This document shows positions 10,034-19,206 of a DNA stretch of 64,000 bases, piece by piece; within the stretch, counting starts at the first letter, position 1; the number at the start of each line of letters is the position of its first letter. The stretch is from Candidatus Micrarchaeia archaeon. Its GTDB lineage: Archaea > Micrarchaeota > Micrarchaeia > Micrarchaeales > CABMGC01. A program made the position numbers and the translations under genes. A model generated the notes under the pieces. That model was not told the DNA's origin. It did not search any database and saw only the letters and a list, made by a program, of their open reading frames with translations. The DNA is taken from NCBI GenBank assembly GCA_049964835.1, contig JBMFWW010000002.1, forward strand, positions 1 to 64,000, read 5' to 3'.

Positions 10034-10414
10034 GAAATTACACGTTTAAAAATATATTCAAACAACTTATTATTTTTAGCTCTTAATATGGTTTATATAC
10101 AAGATATGGTTAAAAAGCTTATTAAACCTTTTATGGCATTAAGGTATTTGTCTCTTGCTTTTTTAATTTAATATATAATATAAAAATCTTTAAAAAATAA
10201 AATATAAAACAACTAAGAAGTAAACAAATTTTTTATTAAAAATAAATAGCGTTTAGAGGGTGGGGAAGATAAATAGATTTACTCTAAACGCATGGAAATA
10301 ATTTGCTACTATAAGTTTATAAATACTCTTATTTTTACTTTGTATTATAATATATTGCAGTAAGTCTAATATATAATAATAAATATATCTTAAACTGATT
10401 TTCTAATTGATTAT

Positions 10415-11353
10415 ATGCACAGTATTCTATGTAAAAAAATATCAAAAACATATCCTAATGGAAAGAAGGCTCTTAATAATCTATCTTTTTCATTTAAAGG
10501 CAAAGGCATACTTTCTATAATAGGTAAAAACGGAGCAGGAAAGACTACTCTTATAAGAATACTTGCTACCGAATTAGTTCCAACTTCTGGCACAGCCTTT
10601 ATAGATAATATAGATATTATAAAAAATCCGGAGCAGATTAGAGAAAAAATAGCCATAATTCCGCAAGAAGCGCGGGCTGTCCAATGGCTTACTCCAAAAC
10701 AAACACTTATTTCATATCTAATGTACAGAGGTTTTTCTTATTCTCAATCAAAAAAATTGGCAATGGAATCATTAAAAAAATTGTCGTTGTCTAAAAATCT
10801 AAATACACTAAATAGATTACTTTCTGGAGGCACAAAAAGAAAGGTTTTAGTATCATACGTTTTGTCCTCAGGAGCAAAGATAATTTTTTTAGATGAACCA
10901 ACAACCGGTTTAGATCCTATATCGAGAAGTGAACTATGGAATTTATTAAAAAAGTTAAAAGATGATTATTTAATAGTACTTACTACTCATTACCTTGAAG
11001 AGGCAGAAAGGCTTGCAGATAAGATAATTTTAATAGATGAAGGAAAGTTGATTGCATACGATATTATGGAGGGTCTTAGAAAGAAAATAAAGTATAACTA
11101 TAGTATTTTAATATCTGGCGATGTCAAAAAATTGCCTAAATTTACAAATGTGAAGTATAAAATAATAAAAGGATTAAATAATGGCTATCAAATACTTACA
11201 AATGTAAAAGATTCGAAAACAATAACAAATGTTCTAATAAAAGATAAAATAAAATTTTCAATAAACCCTGTTTCATTGGAAGATATATTTTATTATTTAG
11301 TTAAAAAGACAATTTCTGAAGACTCTGATAAAAGTGATAACAATGAGTACTAG
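10415..11353 (+). CDS. ABC transporter ATP-binding protein (ABC-2/multidrug type)
   Basis: GKNGAGKT, LSGG, FLDEPTTGLD, TTHY. Confidence 0.95.
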   Translation: MHSILCKKISKTYPNGKKALNNLSFSFKGKGILSIIGKNGAGKTTLIRILATELVPTSGTAFIDNIDIIKNPEQIREKIAIIPQEARAVQWLTPKQTLISYLMYRGFSYSQSKKLAMESLKKLSLSKNLNTLNRLLSGGTKRKVLVSYVLSSGAKIIFLDEPTTGLDPISRSELWNLLKKLKDDYLIVLTTHYLEEAERLADKIILIDEGKLIAYDIMEGLRKKIKYNYSILISGDVKKLPKFTNVKYKIIKGLNNGYQILTNVKDSKTITNVLIKDKIKFSINPVSLEDIFYYLVKKTISEDSDKSDNNEY

Positions 11354-12089
11354 AAAAAGGCTTAATCAAATAATCGCTTCCATTCTCTTAAATAGCATAT
11401 ACGCTATGAAAAATTATCCAATAATGTTTATTAATTCACTTTTATCTCCTTTATCAATGCTTGTTATAATAGTAATAGTTAGCAGAGGTGCATTAATAGG
11501 CGTAGGCATAGAAGGCGCATTCATAATGGCTATGTTATCTGGGGGGCTTAGTCTACAAGGAGATCTTTCACATCTTAAAAACGATTTTAAGCTACAAGAT
11601 ATTGTTATAAGTTCTCCAACAACCTCATTTATTTATATGGTAGGCATGGGCATTTCCGAGTTAATATACATAATACCTACATTACTTATACTTCTTATCT
11701 TAGCATTACTTTTTATACATGCAACTATTATTCAAGCATTAATGATGTTAGTAGCATTGATACTAATATTTCTGTTTTCTGTATCATTGGGCTTTTTCTT
11801 ATCAACCTTCACATCTGATGTAATGCAAAGTTGGGGCATAACTGGCGTAATTTCCACATTATTATCAACAATACCTCCAGTTTACTACTTAATTACTTAC
11901 ATACCAATGCCTTTTCAGTACATAGCTTATATATCTCCTACTACATATGCTGCAGAAATTCTTCAGAGTATTACTGGCTATCTCCAGATAAGCTCATTAA
12001 ATTTTTATGTGGATTGGTTAGTATTAATAATTTTAACTGTTACTATGTTAGTGCTTTCAGCAAGAAAGTCAAGATGGCGTGAAAAATAG
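11334..12089 (+). CDS. ABC-2 type permease
   Basis: About 6 TM segments, PPVYY..P..SPTTY motif, follows the ATPase; ATG at 11343 is a likely start. Confidence 0.88.
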   Translation: MITMSTRKRLNQIIASILLNSIYAMKNYPIMFINSLLSPLSMLVIIVIVSRGALIGVGIEGAFIMAMLSGGLSLQGDLSHLKNDFKLQDIVISSPTTSFIYMVGMGISELIYIIPTLLILLILALLFIHATIIQALMMLVALILIFLFSVSLGFFLSTFTSDVMQSWGITGVISTLLSTIPPVYYLITYIPMPFQYIAYISPTTYAAEILQSITGYLQISSLNFYVDWLVLIILTVTMLVLSARKSRWREK

Positions 12090-13092
12090 AAAATGTGATT
12101 ATATTAAAAAAATAGATCCGAAAAAAGCATTGTTTAGGAAAAGTAAAGAACTAGGGAGTGGCGAAATACACGGTCCTAATCTAGAGAGAGAATTAACTCT
12201 CAATCAATTTATAGACTCGTTAGGAGACATAGGTTTTCAAGCGACAAACCTCTCAAAGGCAATATCCTTAGTTAAAAAAATGAGGGATCAGAAGGCAACG
12301 ATATTCCTTGGTTTCACATCAAATGTAACGACCAGTGGTTTAAGAGATATAATTACATATTTAGTCAAAAACAAATTGGTGCACTTTTTAGTAACAACTA
12401 CTGGAGGTCTTGAAGAAGACATAATAAAAGTACACGGTCCATTTCTAAAAGGTTCATTTGATGCAGACGGAGCATACCTTAGAAAAAACGGAGTTAATAG
12501 ATCAGGAAACATTTTCATTCCGAATGAGCGTTATATATGGTTTGAGAATTTTATGCAAAAAGCATTAAAAAATATGTATGTTGAATATACAAAAAAAGGT
12601 AGAATTTTAGATTCTGTAGAATTTGTAGAGTCTTTAGGTAAGGAATTAGTGTCGACAAAAAATAAGGAATCAAGTTTTACGTATTGGTGTTACAAAAATA
12701 AAATACCACTACTATGCGTACCTCTTGCAGATGGAGCAATAGGTGATCATATATACTTTTTTAAAAAAGAGCACAATGATTTTTCTGTAGATTTATCTAA
12801 AGAAGTAGTGCTTCTCTACGACACTGTTATTAATGCAAATAAAACCGGAGCAATAATACTTGGGGGTTCTGTACCAAAACATCACATAATGAATGCTTTA
12901 ATGCTCAGAGAAGGTTCTGAGTATACAGTTTATATAAATACTGGATACGAACAGGAAGGCAGCAACGCGGGTGCTAATCCTGACGAAGCTAAAAGTTGGG
13001 GCAAGGCAGCTTTAGATGAGAATAACGTAAAGGTCTGGGGTGAAGCATCAATACTATTTCCTTTACTTGTTGCAAAGGCCTTCAAAGAGTAG
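12079..13092 (+). CDS. dys: Deoxyhypusine synthase
   Basis: GFQATNL, TSN..SGLR, TTGGLEED, GGSVPKHH, EAKSWGK. Confidence 0.96.
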   Translation: MKNRKCDYIKKIDPKKALFRKSKELGSGEIHGPNLERELTLNQFIDSLGDIGFQATNLSKAISLVKKMRDQKATIFLGFTSNVTTSGLRDIITYLVKNKLVHFLVTTTGGLEEDIIKVHGPFLKGSFDADGAYLRKNGVNRSGNIFIPNERYIWFENFMQKALKNMYVEYTKKGRILDSVEFVESLGKELVSTKNKESSFTYWCYKNKIPLLCVPLADGAIGDHIYFFKKEHNDFSVDLSKEVVLLYDTVINANKTGAIILGGSVPKHHIMNALMLREGSEYTVYINTGYEQEGSNAGANPDEAKSWGKAALDENNVKVWGEASILFPLLVAKAFKE

Positions 13093-13138
13093 CAATGCAA
13101 GGCTTTTTATTCTTTAACTACATTTTTTATCTGATATT

Positions 13139-14056
13139 GTGACAGTACAAAAAGATAAAGTCAAAGAAAAAGACAAGGTGCTTAATAGAGGTTATTTGAG
13201 AAAGCATTCAATACGTGTAATACTAATAGCATTAATTGTATTTATTGGTTTATACATAATAACAAAGTACTTTGCAATAACCCCTGCGAATAATGGCCAA
13301 GAAATAGCGCTAAGTGCAATTATTGGCATTTTAGGAATAGAACTTTTGGGTTTTATTTTATATGTATCACTTAAATCTACAGTAAAAGGAGAAGAAGCGA
13401 ATACACTAAGAAATCTATTTAGAATTATAGGATATTCAATACTGATACTTTTCTTGCTTTCTCTGTTATCTGTAAATATAACTGGACTGCTTTTAAGTGC
13501 AGGATTTTTGGGCATAGTTCTAGGTCTTGCAGCACAGTCTACTCTTTCAAATTTTATAGCTGGAGTATATTTATTATCAAGCAAGGCATTTGAGCCTGGC
13601 GATAGAGTTACTATTCATACTTGGCAGTATAACATGGTTCCTCAAAGTTATCCTCACGATAAATTTGTACCTGGTTTTTTTGGCAGAATAAAAAACATAG
13701 GACTTCTTTATACCGAACTAACAAATGATGAAAATATACCTGTATATGTGCCAAATAGTATAGTTGTACAAGCTCTCGTGTTAAATTATGGGAGAGCTCC
13801 AGAAAATATAGTAAGGTTACAGTTTGATTTATCAATAAAATTAGATTATGAAACAGTTAAAAAGATAATAAAAGGCGTATTAGAAAAAAGAAAAATAACT
13901 GATTATTCCGTTAACATAGAGTACTTACATAATGATATATACGTAATAACAGTTCATTTGATATATGAGTTCAAGGACAGAAGAGAGCTACGTTCCGAAA
14001 TCTATGAAAAACTACTTAAGGAATTCAATAAAAAAAGTGTAAGAAAAAACAAGTAA
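13139..14056 (+). CDS. Small-conductance mechanosensitive channel (MscS family)
   Basis: GIVLGLAAQSTLSNFIAG, FEPGDRV, VPNS. Confidence 0.92.
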   Translation: MTVQKDKVKEKDKVLNRGYLRKHSIRVILIALIVFIGLYIITKYFAITPANNGQEIALSAIIGILGIELLGFILYVSLKSTVKGEEANTLRNLFRIIGYSILILFLLSLLSVNITGLLLSAGFLGIVLGLAAQSTLSNFIAGVYLLSSKAFEPGDRVTIHTWQYNMVPQSYPHDKFVPGFFGRIKNIGLLYTELTNDENIPVYVPNSIVVQALVLNYGRAPENIVRLQFDLSIKLDYETVKKIIKGVLEKRKITDYSVNIEYLHNDIYVITVHLIYEFKDRRELRSEIYEKLLKEFNKKSVRKNK

Positions 14057-14111
14057 AGCGAAATATAAAAATAGACAAAAAATAAATAATTTAAATATCT
14101 AAATATTTAGG

Positions 14112-14303
14112 TTATGTATCTCCTATGGCTGATTTATACTTCTTTCTTTTTTTCATATTGCTCCAGCAATCTTTACATATAAATGCCTTTTCAGTTTTTG
14201 TAATTCTCTTAGAACTTTTAAGACAATTATAACATACCTTTCTATTACAATAACCACAAGTAACATATTTGTGTATCTCTTTACTACATTTTTCACAAAG
14301 CAT
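14112..14303 (-). CDS. Small Cys-rich zinc-finger protein
   Basis: Four CxxC pairs in 63 aa (CEKC, CGYC, CYNC, CKDC). Confidence 0.75.
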   Translation of the reverse strand: MLCEKCSKEIHKYVTCGYCNRKVCYNCLKSSKRITKTEKAFICKDCWSNMKKRKKYKSAIGDT

Positions 14304-14415
14304 TCTATCACTATAAATAACCTTTTTATATTATATGTAACAAAATATATAAATACAATACGATATATGCTTTAACCCGTACTTTTGTCAATTTATGGGA
14401 GTATAAGGTTTTTAA

Positions 14416-15693
14416 TTGGGAAAAATTTTTATTGAAACTTACGGTTGCACTTTAAATAATGCAGACAGCGACATAATGGGTGAGTTATTAGCAACTGCAG
14501 GGCATTCAGTACACCGTGGTTTAATCAAACAAGAAGATTCAAAAACATACGACTATGTAATACTTAATACTTGCACGGTAAAAAAGCCAACAGAGCAAAA
14601 GATAATAAGTAAATTAGAGCGTCTTTCAAAGTTCAATAAAAATATAATAGTTACTGGTTGTTTGGCTTCAGCCTCTCCAGAACTCATAAAAAAAGCTGCA
14701 CCTGAAGCTAAAATACTAAGCACAAAGAATACTACTAAAATATTAACTTTTATAAATCCTGAATATACCACTTCCGAAATATACGAGAAACCATTTTACG
14801 TTAATAGCACCGGCAGCAAAAATAATATTATAACTAGAATACCGGTAAGTGAAGGTTGTTTGAGTAACTGTTCATTTTGTGAGACTAAATTTGCTAGAGG
14901 ACCATTGAAAAGCTTTGATGAAAAATTAATTTTAAGAGCAATATCAAATTCAGTAAAGAATGGTTTTTATGAAATAGAAATAACATCTCAAGACATAGGC
15001 GCGTATGGTGCAGACAAAAAAACCAATATAGCTGAGTTACTTTCAAATGCCATTCTTATAGATGGAGATTTTAAAATACGAGTTGGTATGCTTAATCCTG
15101 AGCATTTGCACAAATACCTAGATGATCTTTTTGATGTTATGAAAAACAAAAAAGTTTTTAAATTTCTTCATCTTCCAATACAATCCGGAAGTAATAAGGT
15201 TCTAAAATCTATGAAGAGAAACTATACGATAGAGGATATTAAATCATATTTCGATGAAGTACGTAAAAAAATACCAGCTATAACAATTGAAACTGATGTA
15301 ATTGTAGGGTATCCTAACGAGACAAGAGAAGACTTTAAATCAACAGAAAGTTTTCTTTTAGATTCAAAACCTACAATAACAAACATTTCTAAATTCTGGA
15401 AAAGACCACATACTTCAGCTTCAAAAATGCCCCAAATAAGTATAAATGAAATAAAAAGAAGAAGTACACAGCTTTCAAGAAGTATAAGGAATATGCAGGT
15501 AATCGAATATGGAAAACTTATAGGCAGTGTTGAAGAAGTAGTAATAACAGAAAACAATAAAGGTTTATTTTCAGGTAGAGATGATTATTACAGGCCAATA
15601 GCAGTTTTGGGTGATAATTTATCAATTGGAGATAAAATAAGAGTAGAGATAATAAAAAGTACATATGCCTGTGCTATTTCTAGGAAAGTATAA
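14416..15693 (+). CDS. tRNA methylthiotransferase (MtaB/e-MtaB family, radical SAM)
   Basis: ETYGCTLN, NTCTV, VTGC, GCLSNCSFC, HLPIQSGS, C-terminal TRAM. Confidence 0.95.
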   Translation: MGKIFIETYGCTLNNADSDIMGELLATAGHSVHRGLIKQEDSKTYDYVILNTCTVKKPTEQKIISKLERLSKFNKNIIVTGCLASASPELIKKAAPEAKILSTKNTTKILTFINPEYTTSEIYEKPFYVNSTGSKNNIITRIPVSEGCLSNCSFCETKFARGPLKSFDEKLILRAISNSVKNGFYEIEITSQDIGAYGADKKTNIAELLSNAILIDGDFKIRVGMLNPEHLHKYLDDLFDVMKNKKVFKFLHLPIQSGSNKVLKSMKRNYTIEDIKSYFDEVRKKIPAITIETDVIVGYPNETREDFKSTESFLLDSKPTITNISKFWKRPHTSASKMPQISINEIKRRSTQLSRSIRNMQVIEYGKLIGSVEEVVITENNKGLFSGRDDYYRPIAVLGDNLSIGDKIRVEIIKSTYACAISRKV

Positions 15694-15704
15694 TATTTAT
15701 TTAT

Positions 15705-16139
15705 TCAGTCCATATTTTCCCAAGTCCCTGTTTGAGATTTTCTTCTTCTAGGTTTGTAAATATATATTTTGCCCCAAGGATCCTTAGTTTTTATCCTTGT
15801 TGGCCTTACCTTTGTATATTTACTTAAGCTAAATTCATCCTTTGTTGGTTCTTCAGTAACTATCGGCCCTTGCCTTATTGCATATTCCGGTTCTTTTTCT
15901 GTTTTTAGTATTGTTATGCAAGAAACAGGGCACTCTTCTGGACATATCATACATCCTATGCATTTGTCAACTTGTATCGGGAATTCGGTCATATCTTCTT
16001 CATTTGCAGAGTTATCTTTGCTATCTTCAGGATTTTTATGCCTCGCACGCGTAAAGTCTAATGCATTAACTGGACAAACGTCTCCACATATTCCACATTG
16101 TATGCAAACGTTTTTGTCAAATGTGTACTTGTATGACAT
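15705..16139 (-). CDS. 2x[4Fe-4S] ferredoxin-like protein with C-terminal extension
   Basis: CIQCGICGDVCP and CIGCMICPEECP. Confidence 0.9.
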   Translation of the reverse strand: MSYKYTFDKNVCIQCGICGDVCPVNALDFTRARHKNPEDSKDNSANEEDMTEFPIQVDKCIGCMICPEECPVSCITILKTEKEPEYAIRQGPIVTEEPTKDEFSLSKYTKVRPTRIKTKDPWGKIYIYKPRRRKSQTGTWENMD

Positions 16140-16147
16140 ATATCAAA

Positions 16148-16957
16148 TCACTTCTGAACAGGTTTTTGTTGATTATCTTGTGGTTGTTTTTGTTGGTTGT
16201 CCTGAACCTTTTGACTATCTTGTGGTTCAGTTGTTGTTTTAACTATTGGATTAGGATTTTTTATTATACTACTTCTAGGTACACCAAATGTTAATCCATA
16301 CTTAAGTGCAACCAAACCTGCAATAACTAATATTGTAATTCCAACATAGAAGGTATAAATGGATAATGCTGGATTGTTTATAGAGTTAAAGTAGGTATTA
16401 ACAAAGCCCCATATATTCGATGCTGAATTAGAAACGGTAGGAGGTAATTTAGCTAATTGGGTTGCACTTTCTGTAACAAAAATAGTTCCAAATATATACA
16501 TAAATGTGCCTATGGCTATTAGTATTGTAAGTATGTTGTTATACTTCATATCCTCGTCAGTATCTTTTATTAGCATTATAACAAGTGCAATTGCAAATAT
16601 ATCTATAGCAAGTGGCATAAAAGGTACAGCTATTGGAAAATCCTGGTAGGTACCCGGATAAAAGAGCATAAATCCTAAGAATACAATTAAAAATATGCTG
16701 GCGTCGCGCAGTATTACATATATTAGCCACCACACATCAGCAGCAACTCTCAATGTGAATTTTTTAAGAACTCTTAAGAAATAACCTCTTGCGACTTGTA
16801 CAGATAACGCAAGTATTGTAAGTAAGGTCAAAAGCACAGCAATTGTATTTTCGGTGTATATTGTAGCAGCATTTAAGTATGTAGTAGAGTTAGAAATCAT
16901 GCTCAATTGTGTTGTCAATTGATTTGGAATTTGAAGCAAAACAGGCAAAAAATACAT
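16148..16957 (-). CDS. Uncharacterised multi-pass membrane protein
   Basis: About 5 hydrophobic helices, Q-rich tail; 8 nt upstream of the ferredoxin gene. Confidence 0.8.
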   Translation of the reverse strand: MYFLPVLLQIPNQLTTQLSMISNSTTYLNAATIYTENTIAVLLTLLTILALSVQVARGYFLRVLKKFTLRVAADVWWLIYVILRDASIFLIVFLGFMLFYPGTYQDFPIAVPFMPLAIDIFAIALVIMLIKDTDEDMKYNNILTILIAIGTFMYIFGTIFVTESATQLAKLPPTVSNSASNIWGFVNTYFNSINNPALSIYTFYVGITILVIAGLVALKYGLTFGVPRSSIIKNPNPIVKTTTEPQDSQKVQDNQQKQPQDNQQKPVQK

Positions 16958-17055
16958 AGTAATACCATTTTACATAAGTAGAATAAGTTTAAATACGTTT
17001 CTTTAAAAATTTTCCTTTTTTGTGATTTTAGTTATTTTTTATTTTGTAATAAGTA

Positions 17056-17889
17056 TCATCTTGTTCCATGTAATTCAGAAATTAGTTTAGAGGTTGTATA
17101 AACCTCATTTAGATTTATTATTGTAAAAATCTCATTTTCAGTATTTAAAAATTCAATATAACTAATAACACCTTCCAAAGAAGCATTTCCTATTTCTTCC
17201 CCAAGTCCTTTTATGGATAGATGTGCACATTCAGCTCCTGCCTTTATTCCTGAAATTGTATTTTCTACTGCAAGTCCAAAATGATTGTGGCAACTTATGC
17301 TTAATGGTAAATTAATTATTGTTTTTATTTCATAAATTATTTTATGTATATCTTCCGGTATCGCATAACTTGTTGTATCATCTATATTTATTCTATCTGC
17401 TCCGGCTAACTCTGCAACTCTACAGAAAATTTTAAGAAAATCCATATCTGTTCTAGTGGCATCTTGCGCAGAAAACTCTACCTTCATCTTATGCATTTTA
17501 GAAAAACTTATCAATTCGTTAATTTCTTTTAATGCATCTTTTTGTCTAATTCCAAAATTTTTTCTTAGGAAATAATCGGAGCTTGGAAAATATAAGTGTA
17601 CATAATTAATACCCATATCTTCTAGAATCCTAATTTCATTTTTTCTTGGCCTTGCAATTGCGCAAACTTCAGCATCTAATCCATCAGTAGCTATTATTCT
17701 TACTGCTGTTTTCTCTGCATTTGAGCTTTTTGGAAAACCTGCTTCTATAACATCTACTCCTACCTTATCGATTCTCTTTGCTAATACTAATTTTTCATCC
17801 ACTCTCAAAGGATCTCTCGAATTCTTTTCTGCATCAATTAAAGTTGTATCAAATACTTTTAATTTTCTTACTTTACTTTCATTTTCCAT
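17056..17889 (-). CDS. LeuA/homocitrate/citramalate synthase-like DRE-TIM protein, short and with degenerate catalytic motifs
   Basis: FDTTL, GVDVIEAGFP, EFSAQDATRTD, HNHFGLAVEN, GLGEEIGNASLE; RDGEQ replaced by IDAEK. Confidence 0.85.
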   Translation of the reverse strand: MENESKVRKLKVFDTTLIDAEKNSRDPLRVDEKLVLAKRIDKVGVDVIEAGFPKSSNAEKTAVRIIATDGLDAEVCAIARPRKNEIRILEDMGINYVHLYFPSSDYFLRKNFGIRQKDALKEINELISFSKMHKMKVEFSAQDATRTDMDFLKIFCRVAELAGADRINIDDTTSYAIPEDIHKIIYEIKTIINLPLSISCHNHFGLAVENTISGIKAGAECAHLSIKGLGEEIGNASLEGVISYIEFLNTENEIFTIINLNEVYTTSKLISELHGTR

Positions 17890-17976
17890 ATCTATTCCAT
17901 AAAAATTAAATTTTTATTTTTGGTGTTACTAAATTTATTGCTATATATATTTCATTATTTTTACATATAAATAACT

Positions 17977-18477
17977 TTACAATTTAAAATTAGTATAATA
18001 AAGTATACCTGCTATTGAAGTACTATTTTTTATTTTGCCAGTTTTTATAAGTTTAATTGCATCTTTTATATCTACTTCAATTAACTTTATTGTTTCATCA
18101 AAATCTCTGTTTGTTTTTGTTTTTTTTAACTTATCAGCTAAAAAGTAATGCATTATTTCGTTTGAAAATCCTGGACTCGCATAAGCACTAAATAAATATT
18201 TTATTCTCATAGCTTTATATCCAGTCTCTTCCTCTAGTTCTCTTAATGCACCATTTTTAGGGCTTTCATTATGTCTCAATTTTCCTGCAGGTATCTCTAT
18301 TATTGTTTTTTTAATTATTTGCCTATACTGTTTTTCTAGAATTATTTTTTTATTTTTTAATACTGCTACTATGCAAACGGTTTCTGGAGTTTCTATATAT
18401 TTTCGTATATATTCTCTTCCATTATAGGCAAACTTTTTCTGAATGAGTTTTACCTCTTCTTCTCGCATAAACTTCAT
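17977..18477 (-). CDS. NUDIX hydrolase (ADP-ribose pyrophosphatase-like)
   Basis: QYR, EIPAG, RELEEETG Nudix box, SPG. Confidence 0.93.
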   Translation of the reverse strand: MKFMREEEVKLIQKKFAYNGREYIRKYIETPETVCIVAVLKNKKIILEKQYRQIIKKTIIEIPAGKLRHNESPKNGALRELEEETGYKAMRIKYLFSAYASPGFSNEIMHYFLADKLKKTKTNRDFDETIKLIEVDIKDAIKLIKTGKIKNSTSIAGILYYTNFKL

Positions 18478-19163
18478 TTATTCTCTTTCGTTTCTTCTTC
18501 CCCTTCCTTATATATCTCAGAAGAAAGCTTATATCTAGAAACGCTGTGCAAGATAACTCTACCTTTTCCAGTAAATGTTGCAAGGAAAAGTCCAACACCC
18601 CCAAACATAGCAGATTTTATGTTATCTACAAATCGTATTTTATACTGTAATGTACCATCAAATCCCGCAATATGACCTGGGTCTACCTCTATAGGCAATG
18701 TTCCATCTAAATCATACTCTATTATATCTCCTGTTACATGTATGAAAACGCTTCCTGGTCCTACAAATTTTTGAAGTATTAATCCTGTTCCTCCAAAGAA
18801 TGCAGCTCCCAAGCCGACGGTTTGTATTGTGAATTTAACTGAATCCTGTGCCGCTATAAAAGCGTACTTCTCAGCTACGAATTCTTCACCTTCTTCCAGA
18901 GATATCTCTTTAATCTTTCCGGGCATAACTCCGGATACTGATATACTTCCTGAGCCGTCAATCGATTTAAATTCAGTTAGCATAGCGGTAGCTCCAGTTA
19001 CCTTTCTTTCAATTGCTCCTATAACACCTCCAAAAAGCCTAGGTGTCATCTTTATATTTGAGCTTTTACTGAGCAACTTTCCAGAATCTGAGTAAATTAA
19101 TTCACCTTCATCTAGATTAATATTCAAAGCCTGCATAGAGTTTCCTATAATTTTATATTCCAT
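18474..19163 (-). CDS. AIM24 / TIGR00266 family protein
   Basis: YKIIG..MQ, FFGGTGLILQK..GPG.VF, VDPGHIAGFD, FGGVGLFLA..TGKG. Confidence 0.9.
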   Translation of the reverse strand: MEYKIIGNSMQALNINLDEGELIYSDSGKLLSKSSNIKMTPRLFGGVIGAIERKVTGATAMLTEFKSIDGSGSISVSGVMPGKIKEISLEEGEEFVAEKYAFIAAQDSVKFTIQTVGLGAAFFGGTGLILQKFVGPGSVFIHVTGDIIEYDLDGTLPIEVDPGHIAGFDGTLQYKIRFVDNIKSAMFGGVGLFLATFTGKGRVILHSVSRYKLSSEIYKEGEEETKENK

Positions 19164-19206
19164 ATATACAATCCCAAATGTTATTTTTATATTATTTATT
19201 TTTATA

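Noticed and set aside
16160..16225. QDNQQK-type short repeat in the membrane protein tail
   Set aside because: Ordinary low-complexity tail
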